A program made the translations under genes and the position numbers. The notes below the pieces were generated by a model, which was given only the letters and a program-made list of their open reading frames with translations, was not told where the DNA came from and did no database searches. This document shows, in pieces, positions 9,108 through 19,176 of a stretch of 64,000 nt of DNA. The stretch spans positions 3,077,953-3,141,952 of the forward strand of contig CBDFLE010000006.1 in assembly GCA_965248925.1 (NCBI GenBank), read 5' to 3'. How positions within the stretch are numbered: the stretch's first letter is position 1; the number at the start of each line of letters is the position of its first letter. This DNA is from Candidatus Multivoradales bacterium (GTDB lineage Bacteria > Acidobacteriota > Thermoanaerobaculia > Multivoradales > J023).

Positions 9108-11177
9108 ATGGACGCCAGCCAAAAACTCTCAACCTACGCCTACATGAAGTTAGCGCGGGACCTCGACCTGCGCTTCAGCTTACTGCTCAAGACCGGCCGA
9201 GTGGCCAAGTGGTACAGCCAGATCGGCAGCGAGGCAACCACGGTAGCCGCCGGCTCCGTGCTCGAGCCGGGTGATGCGCTATGCACCCTACATCGGGATC
9301 TCGGTGCGATCTTGATGGTCTACTTGGATCCGGCGCGGGCCTTCCCCGGCTTGGGCTTTGGCCAGGCCGATGGTCTGCGGCCGGATCCCGAGTCGCTGCT
9401 CTACCGCTTGTGCTGCCAGCTTTTGGGCCGAGCTGAGGGATTCTCCAAGGGATTCGAGCGCTCTTTCCATTTTGGCCACCTGGCTGCGGAAGAAGGAATT
9501 CTCCATGTTGGCATGATCAGCCACCTTGGGGCGATGATTCCGGTGGCCGCGGGTTGCGCTTTCGCTCTCGGTCGCCGCGGTCAAGGCCGCTTGGCGTTGA
9601 ACTTCATCGGCGAGGGTGGCACCTCGACCGGTGATTTTCACGAGGGTCTCAACATGGCGGCGGTGTGGAAGCTGCCGCTGATTCTGGTGGTGCAGAACAA
9701 TCGCTTCGCCTTCTCGACGCCGAGCGCGGCGCAATATGCCGCCGAGCGTCTCAGCGATCGCGGATTGGGCTACGGCATTGCTGCCGAGACCGTCGACGGC
9801 AACGACCCCGAGGCAGTGAGGTTGGCAATCGAGCGCGCCGCGGCGCGCGCTCGGTCGGGTCTGGGGCCGACTTTGATCGAGGCCATGCAGGGCCGTATGC
9901 GGGGCCACAGCGAGGGCGACGACTCACTCAAGGTGGTGCCCGAGGACGAACTCAAGACCTATCTTGATCAAGATCCAGTGGCGGCCTACGCGCGGCTGCT
10001 CGAGATCGAGGGAATCTTGACCGCCGAGGTGGCGGAGCGCCTGGATGGGCGTATTGCCGAGCTTATCGAAGATTCCATCAGCCGCGCTCTCGACTCACCC
10101 GAACCGGTGGCGGAAAGCGCTTTGCGGCCAGCGCTGGCTCCACTGCCGGAGATACAGCCGCAGACTCCGCCGGAGCTACCGCCAGTAGCACCTCCAGTGG
10201 CCGAGGGGCCACCAGAGACCTACGTCGAGGGCATCCACCAGGCGCTCATGGAGGAGATGGAGCGAGATGAATCGGTAGTGCTGATGGGTCAGGACATCGG
10301 AGTTTTCGAAGGGGCCTTCCGCGTTACTCGCGGCTTGCACGCGCGCTGGCCTGAGCGGGTGCTCGACACGCCGATCGCCGAGAGCGGTACCTTGGGGATT
10401 GCCGCCGGTGCGGCGCTACTGGGATTTCGGCCGGTGATCGAGATGCAATTTGCCGATTTCATCTCCTGCGGCTTCAACCAGCTGGTCAATGTGATCGCCA
10501 AGCTCTATTACCGTTGGCAAGTGTCGGTGCCGTTGGTAGTACGGCTGCCGTCGGGTGGCGGGGTGGGCGCAGGGCCGTTTCACTCGCAGAATCCAGAAGC
10601 CTGGTTTGCCCACACCGCGGGACTCAAAGTGGTCTGTCCGGCCACTGCCGAAGATGCCAAGCTGCTGCTCAAGGCGGCGATTCGCGATCCCAACCCGGTG
10701 GTCTTCTGCGAGCACAAATACCTCTACCGGCGGATCAAGGCGGCCCTGCCCGATAGCGGTGAAGTGGCTGAGATCGGCCGCGCCCGAGTGCTGCGCGAAG
10801 GCCGCAACCTGTCGTTGGTGGCCTACGGTGCCAGCACCTGGACTTGTCTAGAAGTAGCCGAGCTGCTGGCTGAGGAGGGGGTTGAGGTCGAGGTGCTTGA
10901 TCTGCGCACCCTGGTGCCCCTGGACGAGCAGGCGATCATTGCCTCGGCGCGGCGTTGCTCGCGGGCTTTGGTGGTTCACGAGGCTCAAGGAACTGGCGGT
11001 TTCGGTGGCGAGGTGGCGGCGCGGATCGCCGATCTGGCCTTTCAATGGCTCGATGCTCCGGTGCGCCGAGTGGCCTACCCGGATCGGCCGGTGCCCTACT
11101 TCAAGAGCCTCGAGCAAGCCCTCCTCCCAGGTCGCGACAAGGTTCTGGCCGCGGCCCGGGAATTGTTGGCCTACTAG
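9108..11177 (+). CDS. Thiamine-diphosphate-dependent 2-oxoacid dehydrogenase E1 component, fused alpha and beta subunits
   Basis: Alpha part: GEGGTSTGDFHEGLNMAAVWKLPLILVVQNNRFAFSTP (TPP-binding motif). A Pro-rich linker (PEIQPQTPPELPPVAPPVAEGP) follows. Beta part: VLMGQDIG..GAFRVTRGL and PIAESGTLGIAAGAAL. Start is ATG 9108 or TTG 9048. Confidence 0.85.
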   Translation: MDASQKLSTYAYMKLARDLDLRFSLLLKTGRVAKWYSQIGSEATTVAAGSVLEPGDALCTLHRDLGAILMVYLDPARAFPGLGFGQADGLRPDPESLLYRLCCQLLGRAEGFSKGFERSFHFGHLAAEEGILHVGMISHLGAMIPVAAGCAFALGRRGQGRLALNFIGEGGTSTGDFHEGLNMAAVWKLPLILVVQNNRFAFSTPSAAQYAAERLSDRGLGYGIAAETVDGNDPEAVRLAIERAAARARSGLGPTLIEAMQGRMRGHSEGDDSLKVVPEDELKTYLDQDPVAAYARLLEIEGILTAEVAERLDGRIAELIEDSISRALDSPEPVAESALRPALAPLPEIQPQTPPELPPVAPPVAEGPPETYVEGIHQALMEEMERDESVVLMGQDIGVFEGAFRVTRGLHARWPERVLDTPIAESGTLGIAAGAALLGFRPVIEMQFADFISCGFNQLVNVIAKLYYRWQVSVPLVVRLPSGGGVGAGPFHSQNPEAWFAHTAGLKVVCPATAEDAKLLLKAAIRDPNPVVFCEHKYLYRRIKAALPDSGEVAEIGRARVLREGRNLSLVAYGASTWTCLEVAELLAEEGVEVEVLDLRTLVPLDEQAIIASARRCSRALVVHEAQGTGGFGGEVAARIADLAFQWLDAPVRRVAYPDRPVPYFKSLEQALLPGRDKVLAAARELLAY

Positions 11178-11198
11178 GTGGTAGGAGACGGGTTCTCT

Positions 11199-11237
11199 CC
11201 CTCGCGAGGAACATCATGGTTTGGCGAGGGTCTTTTT
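11199..11237 (+). terminator. Candidate intrinsic terminator after the E1 gene
   Basis: CCCTCGC (11199-11205) pairs with GCGAGGG (11224-11230) and is followed by TCTTTTT (11231-11237). Lies 22 nt after the E1 stop. Confidence 0.4.
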
Positions 11238-11325
11238 CCCTCGCGGTGGTCCGGTCGGCGGTGGAGTGCGGGTCTTGGGCTGTTGGCGACTACTCGCGCG
11301 GTCGCGAGGGATTGAAATCCCTCGC
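11199..11325. repeat. REP-like cluster of the heptamer pair CCCTCGC/GCGAGGG
   Basis: CCCTCGC at 11199, 11238 and 11319. GCGAGGG at 11224 and 11304, plus GCGAGGA at 11204. They form the palindrome CCTCGCGAGG (11200-11209), a 7-bp hairpin (11224-11244) and a 9-bp hairpin GCGAGGGAT-TGAA-ATCCCTCGC (11304-11325). Confidence 0.6.
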
Positions 11326-11335
11326 TCAGGGATAA

Positions 11336-11358
11336 CGTCCGCCCGGGGAGGGCGGACG
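11336..11358 (-). terminator. GC-rich hairpin 16 nt downstream of the VOC gene stop
   Basis: CGTCCGCCC-GGGGA-GGGCGGACG: 9-bp stem, 5-nt loop. On the minus strand it is followed only by TTAT, so the U-tract is weak. Confidence 0.35.
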
Positions 11359-11374
11359 AGGAGGCTCCGCCTGG

Positions 11375-11764
11375 CTAGCTGGGCTCGAACAGCGCCGCCA
11401 CGGCGCCGGCCGGGTCACGGATCACGCAGTAGCGGCCGTGGCCGCTCACTTCTTTGGCGTCGGCGATGATCTCACCGCCACGGTCGGTGACCTCGGCCAT
11501 GCTGGTGTCGAGATCGTCGACAGTGATGTAGATCAGCCACAGAGACGGCAGGCCGGCATTGCCACCCCGGGCATGGCAGACGCCGGTGGTGGGGGTGCCG
11601 GTGGTGGGAGTGCTCATGGTGTAGTCGTTGTAGTCGCCCATGCTGGTCGGTTCGGCTTTCCAGCCGACCACCGCGCCGTAGAAGTCACGTAGCTGGTCGG
11701 CATTGTCGACCGTCAGATCGATCCAGCCGATGGTTCCGGCCTCGGGTTTCTTGGCGTCGCTCAT
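11375..11764 (-). CDS. VOC (glyoxalase/bleomycin-resistance fold) family protein
   Basis: MSDAKKPEAGTIGWIDLTVDNADQLRDFYGAVVGWK...YITVDDLD...GRYCVIRDPAGAVAALF is the typical single-domain VOC pattern. Confidence 0.8.
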   Translation of the reverse strand: MSDAKKPEAGTIGWIDLTVDNADQLRDFYGAVVGWKAEPTSMGDYNDYTMSTPTTGTPTTGVCHARGGNAGLPSLWLIYITVDDLDTSMAEVTDRGGEIIADAKEVSGHGRYCVIRDPAGAVAALFEPS

Positions 11765-11791
11765 GGGGTTGATTCTCCTCGGTGGGTAGGG

Positions 11792-12580
11792 TCAGATGTC
11801 GTCGTGGTGATTTTCCATCTCGTGCAGGCGATCTTCTAACTCTAGTTCAATTCGCGCTTCGAGTTCTCGGAGTCGTTCCTGGAGTTCGCCCATCCGCTCT
11901 TCGAGGCCGCTGGCTTCGACTTCTTTGAAGTACCGCAGCCGCTCGCCGAGATTCTGCTCTTCGAGGGCTCGGCTAGCTTCGCTCATCGCCTTCTCCATCA
12001 GCTCTCTGCTGACTTCTATATTCGGCAGAGCGCGAACAGTTTCCAGGCGCTCGAAAATCCCACTCATGTCGAGGGCCAAGGGGTGCCCCGAGCGTTCGGC
12101 CAGCTCGGCGCTAGTGCTGTCGGCACGGCCCTCGCGGACGTAGGCTATCTCGACGTTGTCACCGCCTTGTTTGCGGCGGATCAGTCGGGCTAGGCCCGAA
12201 GATGACTTCACCGGCTCACCGTCCACGGCGGTGATCACGTCGCCGACCCGTAGACCCGCACGCTCGGCGGCAGAGTCTGACTGCACTTTGCCGACCAGCA
12301 AGCCGGAATCCTCAGGGGCCTTGAAGAAAGTGCGCAGCTCGGCGGTCATCGAAGTGGTTTCGACGCCCAGGAAACCGCCGCCGGTAAGGCTGCGCAGCAG
12401 GTACTTGGCGCAATCCGCTTCGTCACCATCACATTGCACTTGCAGTTGTTGGGGGAATAGGAGTTCGAACCTGGTTGCTTCGTCATCGTCGTCGGCCCAG
12501 GCCAGGGTGGGAAGGAGCAGGCTTAGAGCCAACAAGATCAACCAGGGGTGGATGCTGGAAGGTTGGGCTTGGATTCTCAT
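11792..12580 (-). CDS. Secreted PDZ domain protein
   Basis: Signal peptide (WLILLALSLLLPTLAWA). PDZ core GLLVGKVQSDSAAERAGLRVGDVITAVDGEPV. Acidic helical tail. Confidence 0.75.
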   Translation of the reverse strand: MRIQAQPSSIHPWLILLALSLLLPTLAWADDDDEATRFELLFPQQLQVQCDGDEADCAKYLLRSLTGGGFLGVETTSMTAELRTFFKAPEDSGLLVGKVQSDSAAERAGLRVGDVITAVDGEPVKSSSGLARLIRRKQGGDNVEIAYVREGRADSTSAELAERSGHPLALDMSGIFERLETVRALPNIEVSRELMEKAMSEASRALEEQNLGERLRYFKEVEASGLEERMGELQERLRELEARIELELEDRLHEMENHHDDI

Positions 12581-12682
12581 TTGTGATTCTCCGCGGCGGT
12601 TAGTGGGTGTTCTCTCACCCCGTTATAACGCTCGATCGTTGGCTCGGTTCCCGGCAGCGCCAGGGATGGCAGCTTGCTGGAC

Positions 12683-13141
12683 TCAGAAAAGTCTGTCGCC
12701 GCGCTCGACGGCGGACTGTGGACGGACGCCCGCCGTCCCATCATCGTGGGCCAAGACGATCGACGACTCCTGGCGACCGGAGCGCAGTTTTTGCAGGCGG
12801 CCCAGATCGAGCACCAGATCGACTTGCTCGTCGCCGCCAAGGTGCAAGAGCGGGCGTGCTTGGCGGGCCAACACGGCCAGCTCTCGCGACAGTTGACGAT
12901 GCTCGGCCTGTAGCACCAGCAGGCGCTCGGTACTGGCCACAGCGCGCCGGGATTCGACCCCCCGCTGGAGGAGTGCGCCGCCGATCAAGGTCGCCGCTAG
13001 CATGGCGGCAAATGCCAACCACAGGGGGCCGCGACGGGGCTCTTGGGGTTCGAGTCGGCGCAGGACGCCGGCGGTGAAACCCTCTGAGGCGCGCTCTCGG
13101 GGCAGCGCTTGCAGCGCTTCTCGCAAGCTGTCGTCGTGCAT
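12683..13141 (-). CDS. Putative membrane anti-sigma factor
   Basis: 152 aa with a single TM (PLWLAFAAMLAATLIGGALL). Starts 3 nt after the ECF sigma stop. Assigned by position only. Confidence 0.5.
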   Translation of the reverse strand: MHDDSLREALQALPRERASEGFTAGVLRRLEPQEPRRGPLWLAFAAMLAATLIGGALLQRGVESRRAVASTERLLVLQAEHRQLSRELAVLARQARPLLHLGGDEQVDLVLDLGRLQKLRSGRQESSIVLAHDDGTAGVRPQSAVERGDRLF

Positions 13142-13144
13142 CGT

Positions 13145-13792
13145 TCAGGTTCCTTCGTGCCAAAAGGGGGCAAGGGCCTGGCGTAGGCGTTGCTTGCCGC
13201 GGTGAATGCGCGATTTTACCGTGCCTTCGGAGAGTTCCAACACGGTAGCGATTTCGCAGTAGGGCAAGCAGTCAATCTCGCGCAGGATCAAAGGGGCGCG
13301 AAACTTGACCTCAAGCTGGGCGATCGCCTGGGAGACTCGTTGGCCGGTCTCATTTTCTAGCAGGCGCTGGCTGGCGACGCTCTTCTCGATCGTCCGCTGC
13401 GAACCGCGGTAAATCGGTTCGAGTAATCGCCAGCGCCGCTTCCGGCGTTCTTCGCTGCGCACCAGATTAGTGGCGACGCGAAAAAGAAAGGCAGCCAGGT
13501 GGCCTTGGTCGCGAAAGCGGTCAAGGTTGACGTACAGCCGCACGAAGGTTTCCTGAGCCAGGTCTTCAGCCCGATCACGGCAGCCCACCATGCGGGTCAA
13601 GTAGTTCACCAGGCGATCTTTGTGGCGGTCGACCAACTCGGCGAAGGCTTGGCTGTCTCCCGCTCGGCAGTGTCGCAGAAGTTCTGCTTCAGCCCGGTGT
13701 TCGGCGCCCTGTTCGGCCCTGGGCTCATCGTTGTGCCCGCCGTGGGCAGCGGCCAGCGGTTGGGCTAGGAATATGGGCTCGGCGGCTTCCAT
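13145..13792 (-). CDS. ECF-type RNA polymerase sigma-70 family factor
   Basis: Region 2 (DRAEDLAQETFVRLYVNLDRF) and region 4 HTH (LPYCEIATVLELSEGTVKSRIHRGKQRL). Confidence 0.9.
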   Translation of the reverse strand: MEAAEPIFLAQPLAAAHGGHNDEPRAEQGAEHRAEAELLRHCRAGDSQAFAELVDRHKDRLVNYLTRMVGCRDRAEDLAQETFVRLYVNLDRFRDQGHLAAFLFRVATNLVRSEERRKRRWRLLEPIYRGSQRTIEKSVASQRLLENETGQRVSQAIAQLEVKFRAPLILREIDCLPYCEIATVLELSEGTVKSRIHRGKQRLRQALAPFWHEGT

Positions 13793-13815
13793 CGATTACT
13801 TTCTCCGACCCTCAT

Positions 13816-13840
13816 AACGCTCCAGGCTGGCCGAAGTTCC
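13816..13840 (-). promoter_or_regulatory. ECF-type autoregulated promoter GGAAC-N16-CGTT
   Basis: The minus strand reads GGGAACTTCGGCCAGCCTGGAGCGTTATGAG. The -10 CGTT ends 24 nt before the sigma ATG, with GGAGAAAG as the RBS. Confidence 0.55.
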
Positions 13841-13858
13841 CGCGATTTAGCTAGCGGC

Positions 13859-14635
<777 letters not shown>

Positions 14636-14647
14636 CTCAACCTCCGC

Positions 14648-15397
14648 TCAGTCACGCTCGAACTCCATCGTCAACTGGCAGAAGGCCGCCACCGGACTGC
14701 CGTCGAGTCGCGCCGGTTTGAAGGGGTGGATTTTGCGCACCGCTCGCAACACGGCGTAAATCATCACCGGGTGGGCTTGTGGGTCGATCATCACCGGCCA
14801 GGTCAGCTGGCCCGTGGGAGCGACCACGACCTCTACTTTGACCGGCGCGTGCAGGGCATCGCGGGCGGCGGTGTTGGTCAAGACCACCGTCGGTTCTTGC
14901 CGGGAACGTTCGAAGGGGTGGTAGGCGCGGGTGAAGGGGGAGCGGGCAATGAAGACCCCGTCGGGGGCTTTGTGCAAGGGCCGAGGGGGATGCTCGAAGA
15001 GCACCCCGACGGCGTTGCCGTAGGGCAATAGTTCGTCGCGCTCAATACGGCGACCCAGGTTGCGAGCCGTGTCGAGCAGCCACCAAGCGTCGTCTTGCCG
15101 ACCTTGGTTGGCATAGGCAATCGCCTGGTAGAGAGCCAGCTCGGCCAGTTCCCGGCGCAGCGCCTGTGGGTGCTGCCAACCGTGGGTGAGAATTTCGCGC
15201 ACCGTGCGCTCGGCACTCTTCCCGGCCCGCTTCCACTGGCCACGGAGCAGCAGCTCGTCGACCTGGCCCACGGCGGAAGTCCACTGGGTGGTCGGTTGAC
15301 CGGGCTGAGCCCCAAGCGTGTTGCCGGCGAAGGCGAGCAGCAGGCTGGCGACAAGGCCGAGTCCACGATGGCTCTTGCAGTGGGTTGAGGTCGGCAT
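14648..15397 (-). CDS. Hypothetical secreted protein (possible TonB-C-like C-terminus)
   Basis: ATG 15397 (MPTSTHC...) followed by the signal-like LGLVASLLLAFAGNTLGA. The upstream 71 codons of the ORF overlap the next gene and are discounted. Confidence 0.4.
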   Translation of the reverse strand: MPTSTHCKSHRGLGLVASLLLAFAGNTLGAQPGQPTTQWTSAVGQVDELLLRGQWKRAGKSAERTVREILTHGWQHPQALRRELAELALYQAIAYANQGRQDDAWWLLDTARNLGRRIERDELLPYGNAVGVLFEHPPRPLHKAPDGVFIARSPFTRAYHPFERSRQEPTVVLTNTAARDALHAPVKVEVVVAPTGQLTWPVMIDPQAHPVMIYAVLRAVRKIHPFKPARLDGSPVAAFCQLTMEFERD

Positions 15398-15420
15398 GCC
15401 GGGTGGGTTTGTTGAAGGAG

Positions 15421-16218
15421 TTAGTGTTCGCTGCGCTGCAGTTGGTCGAGGACGATTTTGCCGACTCCCGGCATCTCGCCGCGCAGCGGAATGCCTAGTT
15501 TTTCGTCGAGCCACCAACGGGTGACCGTGCCGGCAAGCTGAAACTCTACCAAACGGCTGCTGAAGGTGTCGCCACCGATTTCGATCGGCCGTTCGCCCAG
15601 GGCCTCGCAATGTCGCTGGTCGAGATAGCCGGTGGCGCGCTCGGCGCCGCCAAGGTGGAAAACCGAGAAAGTGCCGGACGTTCCGTGCTGGAGCCAGCTG
15701 CGGCCAGCTTGCAGTACCGTCGGGGTGGTCAGGCTGGCACCCGCGGGTAGCGCGACGGTCTGGTGCACGATGCCGGTGTCGTTGCCACGGGTTGTCGAGG
15801 TCAAGATACCTTCAATCAGAGAGTGGCGGGTGCGCGAATGACGGCCATCCTGCCGGCGAGTGATCTCGACGAAGGTGGTTTCGCCGCTAGCTTCTTCGCG
15901 CTGCCAGATTTCGAGCGTGGCCGCGCCACGGTGGCGGATGGTGTGCAGCAAGCGTCCGCCTTCCTCAGTGTGCCACAGGCGCCAGACCTCATCGCCAAGC
16001 TGCTGGCCGCCGGGGTCGAGGATGCGGTAGCGACCGCTGGCAATCTGCTCGCCTCGCCGCCAGCGGCCTTCATGGGGCGGCAGCTGCTGATCGAGAATCG
16101 CCGCCAGGTCGGCTTCCACGCTCTCCCCCGCCGGGGTCTCGACAATGCGGCCGAATTCCCTGGCCGCAGATCCGTGGGATGTCGCCGTGGGAAGACCCGT
16201 GGCGACCGGCAGATGCAA
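15421..16218 (-). CDS. Hypothetical protein
   Basis: 265-aa ORF in an operon-like array on the minus strand. No motif recognised. Confidence 0.4.
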   Translation of the reverse strand: MHLPVATGLPTATSHGSAAREFGRIVETPAGESVEADLAAILDQQLPPHEGRWRRGEQIASGRYRILDPGGQQLGDEVWRLWHTEEGGRLLHTIRHRGAATLEIWQREEASGETTFVEITRRQDGRHSRTRHSLIEGILTSTTRGNDTGIVHQTVALPAGASLTTPTVLQAGRSWLQHGTSGTFSVFHLGGAERATGYLDQRHCEALGERPIEIGGDTFSSRLVEFQLAGTVTRWWLDEKLGIPLRGEMPGVGKIVLDQLQRSEH

Positions 16219-16306
16219 AGAATCCTAGACTCTGCGGCGCCTCCAAGCAGTCACCGGGAGTCGTTTTGCCGCACCCTTACAGGCTCTTCTTGGTTGCTGG
16301 ACCGGC

Positions 16307-17647
16307 TCAATCTCTGGTGGGGTGCGCGGCCAGGTAGGACTCTAGATAGCGAAAGTCGGGGGTTAGCTGGCCGCGGTGGGTGACGGTGGCGCCGAGGATC
16401 TCAGGGGGTAGGTCGAGTTCGGCGAAGGGGCGGCCGTAGTCGGCGGCGGCGATCTGTGGCACGAAACGGGTGAGCGCCTGACTAAACTGCTGGGAGGCTT
16501 CGCGAGGCAGCTCACAAGGTAGGTTGTCGACCGCCAGTACGACGATGCCACGGCCGTGAAGGCCATCGCTGGGCAGGCCACTGATCGGGTCATAGACGAA
16601 AATCGGATTGTCGGTCTCGGTCACTTTGTGGGTGAACTCGATGCCTCCTTCGATGTCGCAGGACAGATCGGCGACTAGACGCAGCCGGCGGTGGCCAGCG
16701 CGCCACTGTTCACCGACCATTTCGCGGGTGACCAGCTTGGGCTGTGCGTCGGTCCAGTAGATGGCGTTGACCAGCAGGGTGAGGTGAGGCAGGTAGGGGC
16801 CGAGGCCAGAGACGTAGCGCTGCGGTTGAGCGGTGTAGTCGGCGCAGTCGAAACTTTGCTCTGTTCCGGCTGTGGAGTCACTGCCTTTACTTTTCAGGCT
16901 GTGCTGCTTGTCGAAAACCACTTTGATCAGCCGGTCGCGGATCCGCCGACCGCCGGCCACCGTGTCGGCCAGTTCCTGCGCCGCGACTTCGTCGCTGGGG
17001 AGCAGGTCGAGGATCTCTTGTGCGCCTTGGCTGACGCTGCCGCCACCGATGAATCCCACCACCAGCGGCGGGTCTTGCAGATCGATGCCACGGCGCACCG
17101 CGGCGCCTACTTCGGCGATCCCTTCTTTGGCCTGCTCCAGGCTGTCGTATTGCCAGGCTGCGCGAATCTGCTCAAGGGGAGTGCGAAACCCCTCCCAGGC
17201 TAGCCGTTGGCCGAGGTGATGCAGGCCGTCGATCATCCCCGCTTGGCCGGCCTCGCGGCCGAAGAGCACCAGTCGCCGGCCGTCAGCATCGACAATCCTC
17301 TCGTAGTCGATCAGCGTCGCTTCGAGATCGAGCAGCCGTTGGAGCAATGGCATGTTGTAACTCTGACCTTTGATGGTGTGGGAGAAGAAGACATAGGTAC
17401 GCTGGCGGCGCAGCTCCTCTAACGGAATATCTTTGACTCCCAGGATCACCTGGCAGGCGTCCAGGCGGTCGGCGATCACGGCGTTGGCGGTGCGGTAGGC
17501 ATCGTCGTCGAAAACCCGAGTAGGCGAAGTCTGCACGACCACGCTGAGGCCCGCCGCGCTCAGCCGGGCGACGTCGTCGGGCACTAGCGGAGCGCGCCTC
17601 TCCCAGCGATTCTTGGTCTCGTGACGAATTCCAATTCGGACACTCAT
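16307..17647 (-). CDS. Lysine-ketoglutarate reductase / saccharopine dehydrogenase-like protein (AlaDH/PNT fold)
   Basis: The N-terminus IGIRHETKNRWERRAPLVPDDV is characteristic of the LKR/SDH family. Also a GFIGGGSVSQGA nucleotide-binding loop. Confidence 0.65.
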   Translation of the reverse strand: MSVRIGIRHETKNRWERRAPLVPDDVARLSAAGLSVVVQTSPTRVFDDDAYRTANAVIADRLDACQVILGVKDIPLEELRRQRTYVFFSHTIKGQSYNMPLLQRLLDLEATLIDYERIVDADGRRLVLFGREAGQAGMIDGLHHLGQRLAWEGFRTPLEQIRAAWQYDSLEQAKEGIAEVGAAVRRGIDLQDPPLVVGFIGGGSVSQGAQEILDLLPSDEVAAQELADTVAGGRRIRDRLIKVVFDKQHSLKSKGSDSTAGTEQSFDCADYTAQPQRYVSGLGPYLPHLTLLVNAIYWTDAQPKLVTREMVGEQWRAGHRRLRLVADLSCDIEGGIEFTHKVTETDNPIFVYDPISGLPSDGLHGRGIVVLAVDNLPCELPREASQQFSQALTRFVPQIAAADYGRPFAELDLPPEILGATVTHRGQLTPDFRYLESYLAAHPTRD

Positions 17648-17711
17648 GAGGCTCTTCCAGAGGATTCAAGAGGGGTTCAAAGAGGCTCAATCCAAGAGGC
17701 TCATGCAGGGT

Positions 17712-19046
17712 TCAGCTAGGGCTCTGCTCGTCGAGCAGGGCTTCGATCAAGCCCTCTAACTCGGCCACCAGACGGCGATGGTGCAGGCCGGTTCCGGGGC
17801 CCGAAAAGCCGCTGTGAATGCGCCGTGCCTTGCCGTCGCGGCCGATGAAGATCGAGGTCGGGTAGGCCACCACCCGGTCGAGGTCGGGCAGGGTGGCGGC
17901 GGCGCCCGTCTTGTCGTTGGTGCCGGCTAGCAGCAGCGGATAGTCAATCTCGTGCCGACTGGCAAAACGTCGCAACATCTCGCGATCGCGTTCCGGCCGG
18001 CCGGTGAATTCGTAGGCCAGGCCGACGATTTGCAAGCCGCGCTCGCCGTAACGCCGTTGCCACTCGGCCAGCAGTGGCGCCTCGTCGTTGCAGTTCGGGC
18101 ACCAGGTGCCGAAGATGTTAACCAGCACCACCTTATCGCTGAAACGCTCATCGTCTTGGTCGACGATGGCACCGTCGAGGTCGGGAAAGGCAAAGCGGAA
18201 GCGGCCTTCGTCATGGGTCAGTCCGGCCAGGCTCCAAGCATCGGGTAGGACTTCTTCGCCGTCGCCAAGCGGCCGCGCCGTCCAGCTGGCGTGGTAGGTG
18301 TCGCGAGACCAAAAATCGCCCACCAAGGAGCCGTCTTGCTGGCTGCGGGCGTGGAACAAGAAGGCATGGGCGCCATCGAAGGTCGAGAGGCGCAGCAGGC
18401 CGTCCTGGTAGCTGCCGACCAAGAAGCGATAGTCGCCGGTCGGAGTCAAGACGGTGCCTTCGACCGCGGCCCCGGTCTGGCGTAATTCGATCCTTGCCGG
18501 TTCGCTGCCGTCCTCGTCGCTGAACTCTGCTCGCCAGTGGCCGGCGACCGACCCGATAGCCGCGTTGCCCGTTTCGAGACCTTGGGTCGAAGGGGGTAGA
18601 AAGCGAGCTGTTGCTTGATGATCGGCGCCGTCGCGGGTAGCGACAAAAGACAGCGTCGAATCGCCACCGCCCGCGGCAGTCTTACGCCAGCGGCCGACCC
18701 ATTGCTCTTGGTCGTTGAGTTCGGCGGTAATCTCGGAGTCATAAACGTCGAAATGCAAAACTAGCCGCCGGCCCTCAAGTTCAACCCGTGACAGCGGCAG
18801 TTCTTCGGTGCCGTTGACAATGGTGGCGGTTAGTTCGCCAGGCTCTCCGTGTTCGCCGCGCTGGCGGCTGAAGCGCAATTCGAAAGGAAGTTCGCCGCCG
18901 GGTGAGTCGAGCACCGCCCGCCAGCTACCGCTGAGTTCGGGTGCTGGTGGGGGTGCCGAGCTCGAGTCGCCGCAGGCAGCTGTCAAGAGCAACAATAGGG
19001 AAGCTAGCCGAAGCCGAGCCGCGGTGGGCGAGGGACTCTTGATCAT
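17712..19046 (-). CDS. TlpA-family thiol-disulfide oxidoreductase lipoprotein
   Basis: Lipobox LLLLTAACG. C-terminal thioredoxin fold with VLVNIFGTWCPNCNDEAP. Confidence 0.8.
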   Translation of the reverse strand: MIKSPSPTAARLRLASLLLLLTAACGDSSSAPPPAPELSGSWRAVLDSPGGELPFELRFSRQRGEHGEPGELTATIVNGTEELPLSRVELEGRRLVLHFDVYDSEITAELNDQEQWVGRWRKTAAGGGDSTLSFVATRDGADHQATARFLPPSTQGLETGNAAIGSVAGHWRAEFSDEDGSEPARIELRQTGAAVEGTVLTPTGDYRFLVGSYQDGLLRLSTFDGAHAFLFHARSQQDGSLVGDFWSRDTYHASWTARPLGDGEEVLPDAWSLAGLTHDEGRFRFAFPDLDGAIVDQDDERFSDKVVLVNIFGTWCPNCNDEAPLLAEWQRRYGERGLQIVGLAYEFTGRPERDREMLRRFASRHEIDYPLLLAGTNDKTGAAATLPDLDRVVAYPTSIFIGRDGKARRIHSGFSGPGTGLHHRRLVAELEGLIEALLDEQSPS

Positions 19047-19176
19047 GGTCCCATTCTAACCCCTTTACCGGCCTGGCGGGACTTCTTCCATGGCTGCTCC
19101 GAGCCGTGGTGGAGCGTGGTGTAAGCTAGGTGGGTTCCAAAGAACTACCCATCGAGAGTCAAGGGAGGCGTTGCCT

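Noticed and set aside
19047-19176. Possible Moco riboswitch upstream of coxS (a CUCCGAGCC-like segment at 19097-19105).
   Set aside because: I see only one short segment reminiscent of the motif and cannot reconstruct the conserved stems by eye. A covariance-model scan (Rfam Moco RNA motif) is needed before any claim.
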